This document shows, one piece after another, positions 14,797-27,648 of a stretch of DNA of 64,000 bases (position 1 is the first letter of the stretch; every line of letters begins with the position of its first letter). The notes beneath the pieces are model-generated. The model did not search any database. It was not told where the DNA came from and saw nothing but the letters and a program-made list of their open reading frames with translations. The translations under genes and the position numbers were made by a program. Origin of the DNA: Octopus sinensis (taxonomy: Eukaryota); NCBI RefSeq assembly GCF_006345805.1, contig NC_043010.1, positions 29,388,001 through 29,452,000 of the forward strand, written 5' to 3'.

Positions 14797-14847
14797 AGCT
14801 TCCTGAAGATTTCTCTTGAATGAAACAGTTCTAGTCCTGTAGAAGCT
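14797..14847 (+). ncRNA. Type I hammerhead ribozyme, family B (PLE pLTR)
   Basis: agcttc-CTGAAGA-tttctcttgaat-GAAA-cag(ttctagtc)ctg-TA-gaagct: 6-bp stem I and a GUA triplet. Confidence 0.8.
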
Positions 14848-14929
14848 CCTTCTATATAATAAATTAATTTACTCTGCTATGTATTGAGTACCTTATTTAC
14901 TGTGGTTAACCCGAATCAAAACGAGGACC

Positions 14930-14970
<41 letters not shown>

Positions 14971-15115
14971 ACAAGCTTCTTTCAGTTTCCCACTACCAAA
15001 TCCACTCACAAGGCTTTGGTCGGCCCGAGGCTTTGGTCGCTCAAGTTGCTATGAAATCTGACTGAACCCGGAACCATGTGGGTGGTAAGCAAGCTACTTA
15101 CCACACAGCCATATA

Positions 15116-15350
15116 TGTGATCACATCGCAGGTCACAATGCGCTTCGCATTGTTTTTTAGCCTTCAAATGACGCCACCCCGCTGGCTAAGCGAGCAGGCC
15201 AACAGAAGAAAGAGTGAGAGAAAGTTGTGGCGAAAGAGTACAGCAGGGTGTTTTCGGTCAATAAACACTCACAACGCCCGGTCTGGGAATCGAAACCGCA
15301 ATCCTACGACCGCGAGTCCGCTGCTCTAACCACTGGGCCATTGCGCCTCC
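15116..15350 (-). mobile_element. tRNA-derived SINE
   Basis: Head ggaggcgcaatggcccagtggttag (A box) and ggtttcgattccc (B box); same family as 26557-26829. Confidence 0.85.
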
Positions 15351-15418
15351 AACATGTATGTATATATATAATATATTATATAATATATATATATATATAC
15401 ATATAATATATTATATAT

Positions 15419-15461
<43 letters not shown>

Positions 15462-15475
15462 TATTATATATATAT

Positions 15476-15567
<92 letters not shown>

Positions 15568-15633
15568 TATTATATATATATGTATATATATATATATATG
15601 CCTTATTAGTGAATGTGTTAGACGGAAACTGTG

Positions 15634-15665
<32 letters not shown>

Positions 15666-15673
15666 TATAATAA

Positions 15674-16504
15674 TAAAATCACAATAAGGGTGAAAAAATT
15701 GAATATTAAATAATAACATCAATTTAAAACACCAAGTGGCCTAGCGTAAAAAAACTGTGATACAGTAAAAATTATTAATACAAGTAATAAGAGATTATTA
15801 ACGATGAAACAATTGTATAGAGTTAATCTATTTTTTCGTTATTTTTCATTTGTCCTGCCCGCTTACATTCTTGGCGTGTTGAATTAATGCTTGAGAACAA
15901 TTCTTTAGTGGTGGATTCCCTTTGCGGATCTATTTCTAGCGTTAGAGTGACCACATGCTGTCTCTCTCTTATTACTTGTATTAATAATTTTTACTGTATC
16001 ACAGTTTTTTTTTTACGCTAGGCCACTTGGTGTTTTAAATTGATGTTATTATTTAATATTCAATTTTTTCACCCTTATTGTGATTTTAATTATAAATTAA
16101 TATGTTCTCAAACCGGCAGTAAATTACTGGGGTAGTATTTACATCCGGTATTTTCAACGCGCCAGGAATGAGGATATTAGAACGTAACTGCAAATATAAT
16201 CGGCTGTGCCGTTCGCCTTTACTCGGCTTCGTATGGATTTTGGCGTTCGGTTCAGCAAATTATATTTTTGATATACTCTACTGAGGATTCGAAAATGATT
16301 GTGTAAGTAAAATTACACAATCTATTAACGATGAAACAATTGTATAGAGTTAATCTATTTTTTCGTTATTTTTCATTTGTCCTGCCCGCTTACATTCTTG
16401 GCGTGTTGAATTAATGCTTGAGAACAATCTTTAGTGGTGGATTCCCTTTGCGGATCTATTTCTAGCGTTAGAGTGACCACATGCTGACTCTCTCTTATTA
16501 CTTG

Positions 16505-16506
<2 letters not shown>
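15674..16506 (+). mobile_element. Non-autonomous PLE/retrozyme-like unit: inverted 5' segment plus partial tandem repeat, in (TA)n
   Basis: Inverted repeat 15674-15794 / 15964-16088; direct repeat ~15797-15978 / ~16324-16506; HHR at 16275-16350; no ORF. Confidence 0.75.
16275..16350 (+). ncRNA. Type I hammerhead ribozyme, family C
   Basis: actcta-CTGAGGA-[extended stem II gattgtgtaa/ttacacaatc]-GAAA-caattg-TA-tagagt; palindromic stem III ACAATTGT. Confidence 0.8.
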
Positions 16507-16536
<30 letters not shown>

Positions 16537-16726
16537 ATATATTATATATATATTATATATATATATACATATATATATTACAAATATGTATATATATACA
16601 TATATATATATATATATTATATATATATATTATATATATACATAATATATATATACATATATATAATATATATATATATATATACACCATATATATACAT
16701 ACATATATATATATATATATATACAC

Positions 16727-16759
<33 letters not shown>

Positions 16760-16760
16760 C

Positions 16761-16814
<54 letters not shown>

Positions 16815-17539
16815 TTTCCGTACTAACAGATTCACTAACAAGGCATTGGTCTGCCCGGGGCTATGGTAGGAGATACTTGCCCAATGTGTCGTCGTGCAGC
16901 GTTGTGAACCTGAAGTCACGTGGTTGCAAAGCAAGCTTCTTAACCACATAGCCATTGAGAATAATTTAAACCGTTTTTTATTATACATAACCTACAAGCA
17001 CTTCTTACCATTACCCCTCTCTCATCACAATTATCCTGTCCTTATATATCCTCACTATGATCTAAACCTCTAACTGAAACTTCTCATTTTTTTCTCAGGC
17101 AAGGAATCCGTTTCGAAGCGTTCAGATTTCTCTTTTTCCTGTTGCTTATAAATTTTTAAAACGCCACGACCTCTCATATAATACAAACAAGGTTGTGTGG
17201 TTAAAATGTTTTCTTCACAACTAAGTGATTTAAAATTTCGATTTCACTGTGTGGCACTTTGGATAAGCGTATGCTGCCAAAATCTCTTGAGTTAAATTTG
17301 GTGGATGGAAACAGTGGAAATGTGTCTGAGCGATCTTGGGTGGTAGGCTTAATCCGTTATCTAGTTTAAGGGATAACTAAAGAGCTTAAGACCAATAGTT
17401 GGTTCTTTGAGTGCCTTTAGTGAAATCTACTCTTTTGTAAACATTTAGGCTAGATCTCTGCTCTGAGGTTAACTTCTTCCCACCATTCACGGATCTCCGG
17501 CAAAAGAGTTAGAGGTGCTTTTTTCCCCTCTGACTAAGC

Positions 17540-17570
<31 letters not shown>

Positions 17571-18132
17571 TCCGCGATTGATCGAAAAGCATATTTAAAT
17601 CGTATTCCTTCTGATTCATCATTGCAAGTTATTTTGTGCATGGTGGTTCTCGACTCGAAGGGGACAGGTTATAACTTAAAAGATGGATCCGTGGATGGCA
17701 TTTGTCGTTTGGACGGCTTTGATACATCACAGGGTTGCCCTATAAGGTATAAGCTACACAACATCTCTGACAAAATTGCAGTAACGTAAAACACCATAAA
17801 ATGAGGTAACCTTTATATAGTCATTCGATCTCAAAGAAATAGCAGCCAAATCTCATGCAAATCATGCAGTACCCTCAAAATAGAATGACATGTTGAATTA
17901 TAATTATGCACACCTTGATGTATTGTATCTGAAAATAATTGGATGTTATAGTTACAGCTACAACGCCTTTTGATCATAGCTCAGCAAATTAAAAAAAATA
18001 TTCTCAGCAGTTTTATAAATATTGACAAAAGTAAATTGGAGACGCATCTTGACAACACTGCCATCGCTACCAGTGGTGATGTTGACAGAGTGAAATTGAG
18101 TGCAGAAACTACAAGAAACATAAAATACTTAC

Positions 18133-18312
18133 TTGTGACTTTCATTCCGTAGACACTGATAGAATATCTTGTAGTATTTGGAGCGCCCTTTACCGCCATA
18201 GCATTCCCTACAATACTGTTGTATTCTCCCACGATACTGAAACGGTGGTCACCTTTTTCAAAGGGTATTGTTTTGTTGATCACTGGTATCATATTATCAG
18301 ATATAACGATAA
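18133..18312 (-). CDS. Candidate internal exon (180 nt, phase 1/1) of an unidentified host gene
   Basis: Acceptor tttctctttgacag, donor A|gtaagt, open frame 'IVISDNMIPVINKTIPFEKGDHRFSIVGEY...YSISVYGMKVT'. Confidence 0.55.
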
Positions 18313-18847
18313 CTGTCAAAGAGAAAGAACTGTAATGAATATCCAGAGTTACATTTTTTTTTCGATTGCTCATTAAGGGGTGTAAGAGCAAAAGCATTGA
18401 CCGTTTTTAGGGTCTTCCCAAAATTGTGGGAGGAAGAAAAAATTGTTTTGAATCTGGTACGAATATTTTCAATAAAGGAGATTCGGCTAAACGCACTCAA
18501 GAGGCCAGGCGTTGGAATCTTGTTAAAAATTATTTCGAGAAGCATCGGCTTTCCGATTTACTTGCCGAATGTTTACATTCTTTGTCGATATACATCAGTG
18601 AAACACGCGCACGCACACACACATGCACACATACATACATACATACATACATACATACATACATACATACATACATACATACATACATACATACGTACGT
18701 ACGTACGTACATACATACATACGTACATACATACGTACATATATACATACATACATACATACATACATACATACATACATACATACATACATACATACAT
18801 ACAAACATGCATACATACATATATATATATATATATATACATAGAGT

Positions 18848-19616
18848 AGTGTGGACCGCCTATACCAAAAACGAAAACAAGGCGGAAGAGGCTTAACATC
18901 GATCCAAAATGCCTTTGAATGTCACATCATATCCCTTCGGCAACATCTTTTAACCACCAAGTGTCGAAATGCATCTTTTGACCAAGTTTGCATACATGAG
19001 GCTGATTACATCATAAGACTTGGAAGGAAGCTCCTTGAGCAACACTCTTTGTCTGATAACCTTAAATACATGACCAAAGAAGTCGCACGACTCTACTGCA
19101 ACGTATCATCAGACGAAAGGATGAATCTATATGAGCAGAAGACTTTGCATGGATATGTTACTAGAAAGCTCTGTGATGATAGAAACATCGATCATCAAAG
19201 CAATTTATCATGGACCAATAGCCGGATTACTACCTCCCACTTTGAAGGGTATACGTTTGCAATCCAGGAACAGGAAATATCAACCAAGTACCTGATGCAC
19301 AAAAGGGATAAAGATGCAGGTAAAGCCGTAAAGTGTGACAACCGATGCAGACTTCGGGGAGTTCACACTAACGATATCACCCACATCATAAGCAGTTGTC
19401 CGAAGATGTCATCACGGTATTATCTACCGATGAGACATGACTCTATAGTGAAATCCGTCGGAAGAATAATTCTGAGGACGAAGAAATAAGAACCCAAAAT
19501 ATGGTAAAAGCCATAGCCACTCATAATAAAAAGGAATACTGGTGGAATGTACCAGTAAAGACCTCAATAATGTGTTAGCACAACAGACCTGATATAAGGA
19601 TTTGGTATAGAGAAGA
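18848..19616 (+). mobile_element. Fragment of an RLE-type non-LTR retrotransposon (R2/R4/Dong-like), post-RT region
   Basis: 'GGRGL', 'LHG', 'FAIQEQEISTK', zinc knuckle 'CRL..HIISSC', 'RHD', then 'WWNVPV..HNRPDI' (start of the PD-(D/E)xK nuclease). Confidence 0.85.
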
Positions 19617-21824
19617 CAATAATGTAATGGAAATTAGGAACTTTAAACTCAAATAGCTTTATGGTCGTAAGTTTAATGTTCTTCGGACTGAAATATAATT
19701 TTCAGCCACAATTCTAAAGTTTAGTAATCATTATTCTGGGCAAGACATTAAACTATGTGCGGTGATGAAACTCCAGTTCATAAGTTCAGGAGTTTGGGAG
19801 AGTATAGATTTACTCCTTGGTCACCACTACTCCCAAATTCATTCTGGCTAGAAGTCATAGTTATGACTTCCATACTAACCAAGTTGTAGACACCATCTGA
19901 ATATAATATCTATGTCTAATAGTCATAACATTATTCTTACTGTAGCTAAGTTCGATCTTCAGTGATGTGGCAGTGTTTTCTTCCAATCAATAAACAGATA
20001 TCAATAGCTTCATGTACTGCTTCCTATTATAGTCGTTTCTTCTTTATTTCTTCCTTTCTTCATTGATGAAGACTAAAAACAATAACGGCCTAAGCACTGA
20101 ACCTTGAGGCACGCCACTGCTCGCACTGGAGACGTCGGACAGCGAACCATTAACTTGGACTTGGAAGGAGCGATCTGAGAGGAAGGCACCAACCCATCGT
20201 ACAATATCCGGATGGAAACGATATGCTTAAAACTTGACAAGTAATAGGCGGTGGTTAACCGAGTCAAAAGCTTTGGCAAAGTCCAAATCTTGAAATCTTG
20301 AAATCTTGAAATTCTAACCGAGGCTTCTGCGCTTCTGGACTAGCGATCCCTGATGACAATATCCTCAGTTGACGAACTATGGTCGTCCCTCAAAGCAAAT
20401 ATTACCAATTTAGAAAGAAGCATAGGAACCCACGTCATTTTGGTGTTAGGAGTTATGCAATTAAGAGATTCGTGATCCTTAAATAGGAGCTAAATGGTAT
20501 AACAGCTTAGAATATTAAAATATATTATATATTGATATTTATTAGGAACTTACCAATATCTTGCTCTCTGCTTATTACATTTGTGTCAATTCCGATAAAG
20601 AATATATGATACTGTGCATCAAACTTAAAGGCTACATAATAAAAATGAACAGAAAGCATTTTAATAAACATTTCTATCATGGGAAAAGATTTGCTTTTCT
20701 TGAATAGCAAATATAAGACATTTAGGAGCGAAAAGATGGCTGTTAAAACAAAAACATATCCTACGTAATGCCATGCAAAGGGACTAATCAATAAATATAG
20801 TAAAATGGGCGTTAATATACTTAAGGTAGTGAACAAAGTATTTTTAATCTCATTCAACAAAAGAGTATGTTGCTTGATTGAGTTGGAGATGAATTTCACG
20901 CTCACTAACCAGCCTACTACATTTCAACAATGATTATGTCTGTAGAACAATAATGGGATCTTTTCGGTTTGGACATAATTTTTAACATAATTTCTAGGTA
21001 CCTAAAAAATTTTAAACTTCGCATACTTGTAGAATGTGTTTATAAAACATCTTTTCTCTTGGCTTTATTGAGAAAATTCTATAGTTTCTAAGATATTTGT
21101 TGTTTTTTTTCTTCAATTTCTGCAATTTCAACCAATCACTGACGTCTATTGAGGTAAAAAAATTCTGTGCCGTATGAATATGTCCCTCGTTTAAGAAACA
21201 GATTGGGTTTATTTACATTTGTGAAGAAAAAAAGGATACCCTTCCCCCCACCCCTAACCATAACTAGCCCTAACCCTAAAACAGATTGAAATGCAATAGA
21301 TCGATACTAGGGTCATAATTATGCGTGACAATTTCATATGACACCGCTAGAAAAAACTGCCGTTCAAACCGAAAAGATCCCAATAATGTAATGGAAATTA
21401 GGAGCTTTAAACCCAAATAGTTTTATGGTCGTAAGTTTAATGTTCTTCGGACTGAAATATAATTTTCAGCCACAATTCTAAGTTTAGCAATCATTGTTCT
21501 GGGCAAGACATTAAACTACGTGCGGTGATGAAACTCCAGTTCAGGAGTTTAGGAGTTTAGGAGAGTATAGATTTACTCCTTGGTCACCACTACTCCCAAA
21601 TTCACTCTGGCTAGAAGTGATAGTTATGACTTCCATACTAACCAAGTTGTAGACACCATCTGAATATAATATCTATGTCTTATAGTCATAACATTATTCT
21701 TACTGCAGCTAAGTTCGATCTTCAGTGATGTGGCAGTGTTTTCTTCCAATCAATAAACAGATATCAATAGCTTCATGTACTGCTTCCTATCATAGTCGTT
21801 TCTTCTTTATTTCTTCCTTTCTTC
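19617..21824 (+). repeat. ~445-bp direct duplication (19617-20062 and 21381-21824)
   Basis: Near-identical sequence from 'caataatgtaatggaaattagg' to 'ttcttcctttcttc'. Confidence 0.92.
20956..21380. mobile_element. MITE with 16-bp TIRs and an 8-bp TSD (Merlin- or hAT-type, unresolved)
   Basis: TIR ggatcttttcggtttg / caaaccgaaaagatcc; TSD CAATAATG at 20948-20955 and 21381-21388. Confidence 0.88.
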
Positions 21825-23139
21825 CTTCCTTCTCCCTCTAAAGTCTTGGAGGTCATACAAATGATCGTAGCTTTAACTTCTTTATCATTAATAAATATAA
21901 AAATTTAATTAATGTAGGTGATCAAAGCAATGAATTGTCTTTCCGTCTCTTATGGTGACATATATTTACATTTGCCAAGGAAAGAACTTTGGTTTGACCG
22001 TTCAACCTGCCAGTAAATAGCAGCCGATTCTTTCTGAAACCAAACTCTGTCATAAAATGGCAAGGATACGTGAGCTATTGTAGTCTTTGATCATAGGTTT
22101 GTTCGATCATATCTAATCTAGGGCTAAACAGTTACACCAAGGTTAACTTGACTATATTGGTAGGGTTTATACAATGCTAGTAGAAGCTGAAACCAATGAA
22201 ATATATTGTTCAACCTCAATTCTTAAGTATATTAATCATTGTCCTGAGATTTTGATAGGGAGATTCTTGATGGATGATGCTTGTAGGCATGGTACAGTGA
22301 CAGAGAGAGAGGGGGGGAGAAAGAGAAGGAGATACTGACAGACAGACAGCGACAAACAGACAAAGAATTAGACAGATAGAGACAAGCAGATAGACAAAGA
22401 GACTAATCATATTTTCCTCAAATCACATTACTTCCTACCATTGAATAATGTAGTTCAGATGTATGCTATATCAAAATTTTAAAAATAAATAAATTAAAAA
22501 TTATTGGATTATCAAAGCTGGAATCTTTAATAATAGCTCTGCTTGATCAGGGTCGACTTGGATCTAAACAATGACAACTATGTGAAAGGATTGTATACTG
22601 AAGTATGGCCTGGTAACATGAAGCATTGAAGTATGGCCTGCTAACATGTACAATGCTTTCGCTAATTGTCTTGTGTGCCTATGTACTTAGAACCATAAAT
22701 GCCTTCTCGGTTCCCTCAGTAGAACAACAGCTGGAGGGCGAGAGGGTTGCGCAAGTATCGTGCCGGTACTTATTACAACTGAATAGATTGAAGAAATGTG
22801 AGATGAAGTGCCTTGCACAAATACAGCATGCTGCCTGATCTAAGAGTTGAGCTCACAACTTCATGGTAATGAGCCGAATACCTATACCACTAAGTTACTC
22901 CCTTTCACGTTTATACCGTGATAGTTAAATGTACTGCAGGTAGCAATTCTCATTTGAAGTAGTTTGCAGCAGGATTTACAATCGAACGAACTAATCAATA
23001 TATATAATCAAAATAAGTAACGGTATATCATGTAGTAATGCAGTACGACCATTTCAAGCGACTCCATTTAATTGAATAATGCAATCATTACATCAAATTA
23101 AATGCTGTGCTATCTTCAGGCAGGGAGTATATATATATA

Positions 23140-23177
<38 letters not shown>

Positions 23178-23753
23178 GAACAAAGAACGCAATAGATGGC
23201 AATAAAACATCCGGACAAATAGAGGATACAAAGGGGGACAGGAAAATGTTAAATACAGGAATGGGGAAAATTCATTCGTGGCCTTCTCTCCTCGGTCAAA
23301 TTTCCAGATTGTCCTTAGAGTTTCGGGACGTTAACTTTTCAGGTTCTGGCAAGGAGATTCTTGATCGATGATGCTTGTAGGTATGGTACAGGGAGAGAGA
23401 GAGAGAGAAGGGGGGTAGTGAGAGAGACAGAAAGAGAGAGAGAGAGTGAGAGAGAGTGAAAGAGAGAGTGAGAGAGTGAAACACTGACAGACGGAGAACC
23501 AGATAAATGGGGGCAGGTAAATAGACAGAGCGACAAATATTTTCCTCAAATCACATTTCAGGAAAATATAATTAGTCTCTCTGTGTGTAAATAGCCGTAA
23601 CGTATCGCTTCAAAATATAGAGTTCGATAAAACAGCAGACTGAAAGAAGGTACGTGCGTATATATATATGTGTGTGTGTGTGTGTGCGTGCGTGCGTGTG
23701 TGTGTCTGTGTGTGTACGTGCGCGTGCGCATGTGTGTGTGTGTGTGTGTGTGC

Positions 23754-23784
<31 letters not shown>

Positions 23785-24164
23785 ATGGACGGAACTCTTG
23801 AAGATGCTGCTAAGCTATAACCGTAATCCCCAAACTGCCCGCTACTTCTGGTTTGTTTACAATTTTCTCTACCAGTCACCGTTCTCGTGCTAACTCTTAA
23901 GGCAGGGAATATATTTAACCAAAAGGAATAGTTCGTGTAACGTCAAGGCATGTTCACAAATTGACGGGCCAGTGTGACACATGTCTGGGATCAGCACAAA
24001 CATACTCAGACAGAGACACACACACACACGTACACACACATAACATCCTCACCAACACAAAACATACAAACATACACAAACACACACAGACGCACACACA
24101 CACACACGCGAACAAATACATATACACACACAACACACTGACAAATATCAATCACACAAACACA

Positions 24165-24456
24165 AAATAATAATAATAATGAAAATAATAATAATAATGA
24201 TAATAATGAATAATAATAATAAAAAATAATAACAATTAAAAATAATAATAATAATAATAGTAATACTAATTAATAAAAATAATAATTAATAATAATAATA
24301 TTAATTGATAAAAATAATAATTAATAATAATAATAATTAATGATAATATTAATTAATAATAATAATAATTAATAATAATAATGAGTAATAACAATAATAA
24401 TTAATAATAATAATTAATAATAATAATTAATAATATTAATTAATGATAATAATAAG

Positions 24457-24530
<74 letters not shown>

Positions 24531-25154
24531 ATTTAATAATATAAATTATTAATAATAATAATAATGATAAGTAAAAATAATAATAATGATAATTTATTAT
24601 TACCATTATTTATTTTTATTGTTATTTATTTTAATTAATTATTAATATTATTAAGTATTATTAATTATCAATAATTATTATTTAATTACTATGAATTATC
24701 ATTAATTAACATTAATTATTACTAATTATTAATTATTATTATTTATAATTATTATTAATTATTATTATTATTATTATATATTATTATCATTAATTATTAT
24801 TATTATTATTAATTATTATTAATTATTATTATTATTAATTATTATTGTTATTAATTATTATTATTATTATTAATTATTATTATTATTATCAATTATTATT
24901 ATTATATTTATTATTATTATTATTAATTATTATTATTATTCATTATTATTATTATTTATTATGAATTATTAATCTTTATTATTAATTAATATTTATTATT
25001 ATTAATTATTATTATTATTAATTATCATGAATATGATTATTATTATTATAAATTTTATTATCATTAATTATTATTATTAATCATTAATTATCATTATTAA
25101 TTATTACTTATTATTAATTAGTTTTAATTATTAATTATTATGAATATTATTATG

Positions 25155-25199
<45 letters not shown>

Positions 25200-25300
25200 T
25201 TTTATTTTTTATTATTATTTATCCTTTATTATTGTATTGTTTATTATTTATTATTGTTTATTGTTATTTATTTATTATTATGTTATTTATTATAATTATT
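24165..25300. repeat. Degenerate (AAT)n array that switches to (ATT)n near 24590
   Basis: Direct reading of the sequence. Confidence 0.95.
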
Positions 25301-25680
25301 AGTGGAAATAAATTGAAAATAAATATGGTGCTCATACTGAGTACTCTGACAGACTCTCAAACAGTTTCTGTCAAACATTTTCACTCATATGGTTTTCGGC
25401 CCCAATAGTTTAGCTGGTGACATTTGCCTAAAATACTGTGCAGTGGAATCAAACGTCAAACCACGAAGTAGCAAAGCCAAATTTGTAACCAAATGGCCAT
25501 ACCCGCGTCTGTTATTTAGACAAATTTCGTAGCTGCTTTTCAGTAATTGTTGTGCAAGAAAAGGGGATTAGAATAGAGTTGAACTGGAGAGAAAGGAATG
25601 TTTAATTTAAATAGTGAATTGCAGGAGTTATTACAAATCTTGATAGCATCCGAAATGAATTTATTTAAACGTTTTCTTAC

Positions 25681-25776
25681 CTAAACCTCCATCATTTGCC
25701 TCGGTATAGTTTTTAATCAGAAACATTGATTTATTCAGCAAAGGAAGAAGATGATCTGCAGTGATTCTGTTTGTAC
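25681..25776 (-). CDS. Candidate internal exon (96 nt, phase 1/1), frame-compatible with 18133-18312
   Basis: Acceptor tttcttcttcag, donor AG|gtaaga, open frame 'TNRITADHLLPLLNKSMFLIKNYTEANDGGL'. Confidence 0.5.
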
Positions 25777-26498
25777 CTGAAGAAGAAATTTGCATACGCA
25801 AATTAGAGGGAGTAAATTTTAGCATATATTCCAAAATAAATAATCGATTACCAATATGATATCAGCTTCGTTTCACTCGAGTTTACTTTAAAGGCAAATT
25901 TGCATATTAAATGGTTTCTTGTATTGTTTTTTGTTTTTTTTTGCTGTTCTCAGTTTTTGGATTACTTCAAGAGTTCCGGCGATCACATACACGCACGCAC
26001 GCACGTTCTTTCAATCTGTGCTGTTTTATAGAAATCTATATATTGAAGCGATAAGTTTATTTTTCTCAAATGGGATTCAAAGAAAATATTAGTCTGTCTA
26101 TTTACCTGTCTCTACCTGTCTGATTTTCTTCCCCTCTCTTCCTCTCTCTTTCTCTCTCCCTTTTTTTCTTTCTTTTCTCTTTCTTTCTTTCTTTCTTTCC
26201 TTTTGTCTTTCTTTCGCCATCTCTCTCTCTCTCTCTCTCTGGACCATGCCTACAAGTATCATCGATCAAGAATCTCCTTGTCAAAATGTGAAGAGCCATG
26301 GTTTTCCTTGAGAAAGCTGCAGCCATTTCCCGTTACCTGCTGCTTCCTGGTTTGTTTACAATTTACTCCACTAGTCACCCGCTCTTGAACTTACTCTTAG
26401 GGCAGGGAGTATATTTGTGTATATGTATCTTTTTATGTATGTATATATGTATATATATATGTGTGTGTATGTGTGTGTGTGTGTGTGTATGTGTGTGT

Positions 26499-26529
<31 letters not shown>

Positions 26530-26556
26530 CGTGCGTGTGTGTGTGTGTGTGTGTGT

Positions 26557-26829
26557 GGAGGCGCAATGGCCCAGTGGTTAGGGCAGCGGACTCGCGGTTT
26601 CGATTCCCAGACCGGGCGTTGTAAGTGTATATTGAGGCTCGAGCAGAGGGTGGTGGCGATCCCTGTTGTACTCTTTCGCCACAACTTTCTCTCATTCTTT
26701 CTTCTGTTGTCCTGCTCGCTTAACCAGCGGGGTAGCATCATTTGAAGGCTAAAACAATGCGAAGCGCATTGTGACCAGCGATGTGTAGCAATATCTGATA
26801 CCCTGGTCGGTCACGGTGATCACGGTGAT
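26557..26829 (+). mobile_element. tRNA-derived SINE
   Basis: A/B boxes; homologous to 15116-15350. Confidence 0.85.
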
Positions 26830-26969
26830 ATATATATATATATATATAATATATACCAAAACAGTTTGTTTCAAATTCATTGGTACTCGTGATGCCAGTC
26901 GGGAGTCATTCTGAATTTGAACTCAAAACCAATGACGACTAGCATCGCGCTTGAAACTCAAGAGTACTA

Positions 26970-27130
26970 AGCATGGCTGTAAGTAGCTTGCTTACCAAGC
27001 ACATGGTTCCGGGTTCAGTCCTACTCTGCGTGGCGACTTGGGCCAGTGTCTTCTACTTTAGCCTCTGGCCGACCAAAGCCTTGTGAGTGGATTTGGTAGA
27101 CGGAAACTGAAAGAAGCCCGTCGTATATAT

Positions 27131-27183
<53 letters not shown>

Positions 27184-27385
27184 TTGTCTGTGTGTGTGTG
27201 TGTGTGTTTGTTTGTGTTTGTGTGTCTGTGTTTATCTCCTCATCATCGCTTGACAACTGATGTCGGCGTGTTTACGTCCCAGTAACTTAGCAGTTCGGCA
27301 AAAGAGATCGATAGGATAAGTACTAGGCTCACAAAGAATGGCTGCAGTGAAATAGCTGAAACAAGTAAAAGAGTAAAAGAGTGTA
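26970..27385 (+). mobile_element. Bipartite SINE with an internal (TA)n(TG)n microsatellite
   Basis: Head '...ccgaccaaagccttgtgagtggatttggtagacggaaactgaaagaagcccgtcg', then microsatellite, then tail 'gagaccgatagaataagtactaggc...gaaacaagtaaaaga'. Confidence 0.8.
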
Positions 27386-27559
27386 AAGAGAGTAAAGAAA
27401 GTGTACACTAGACCAGGCATGTAAAATTATTTATTATATACCAAAATGAATTATTTTTCCATGATTTTTCCTACGAAACGATCGTAATTTTATGGATATC
27501 AACTGGTGAAATAAATATATTTATCTCATACCTCCAGACTTTTGTTATACTCTCTCACC

Positions 27560-27648
<89 letters not shown>

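Larger units (their letters stand above)
10625..14932. mobile_element. ~4.2-kb palindrome of two inverted Penelope pseudo-LTR/3'-UTR copies; the right arm runs into the first ~70 nt of the element's 5' region
   Basis: 10625-12765 mirrors ~12770-14858 (unique anchors at 11520-11800 / 13740-14015); both ends match the pLTR at 37265-37484; 14859-14932 matches 37196-37265. Confidence 0.88.

Noticed and set aside
20525-20905. 126-aa hydrophobic ORF
   Set aside because: AT-rich, non-ATG start, no splice support and no recognisable motif
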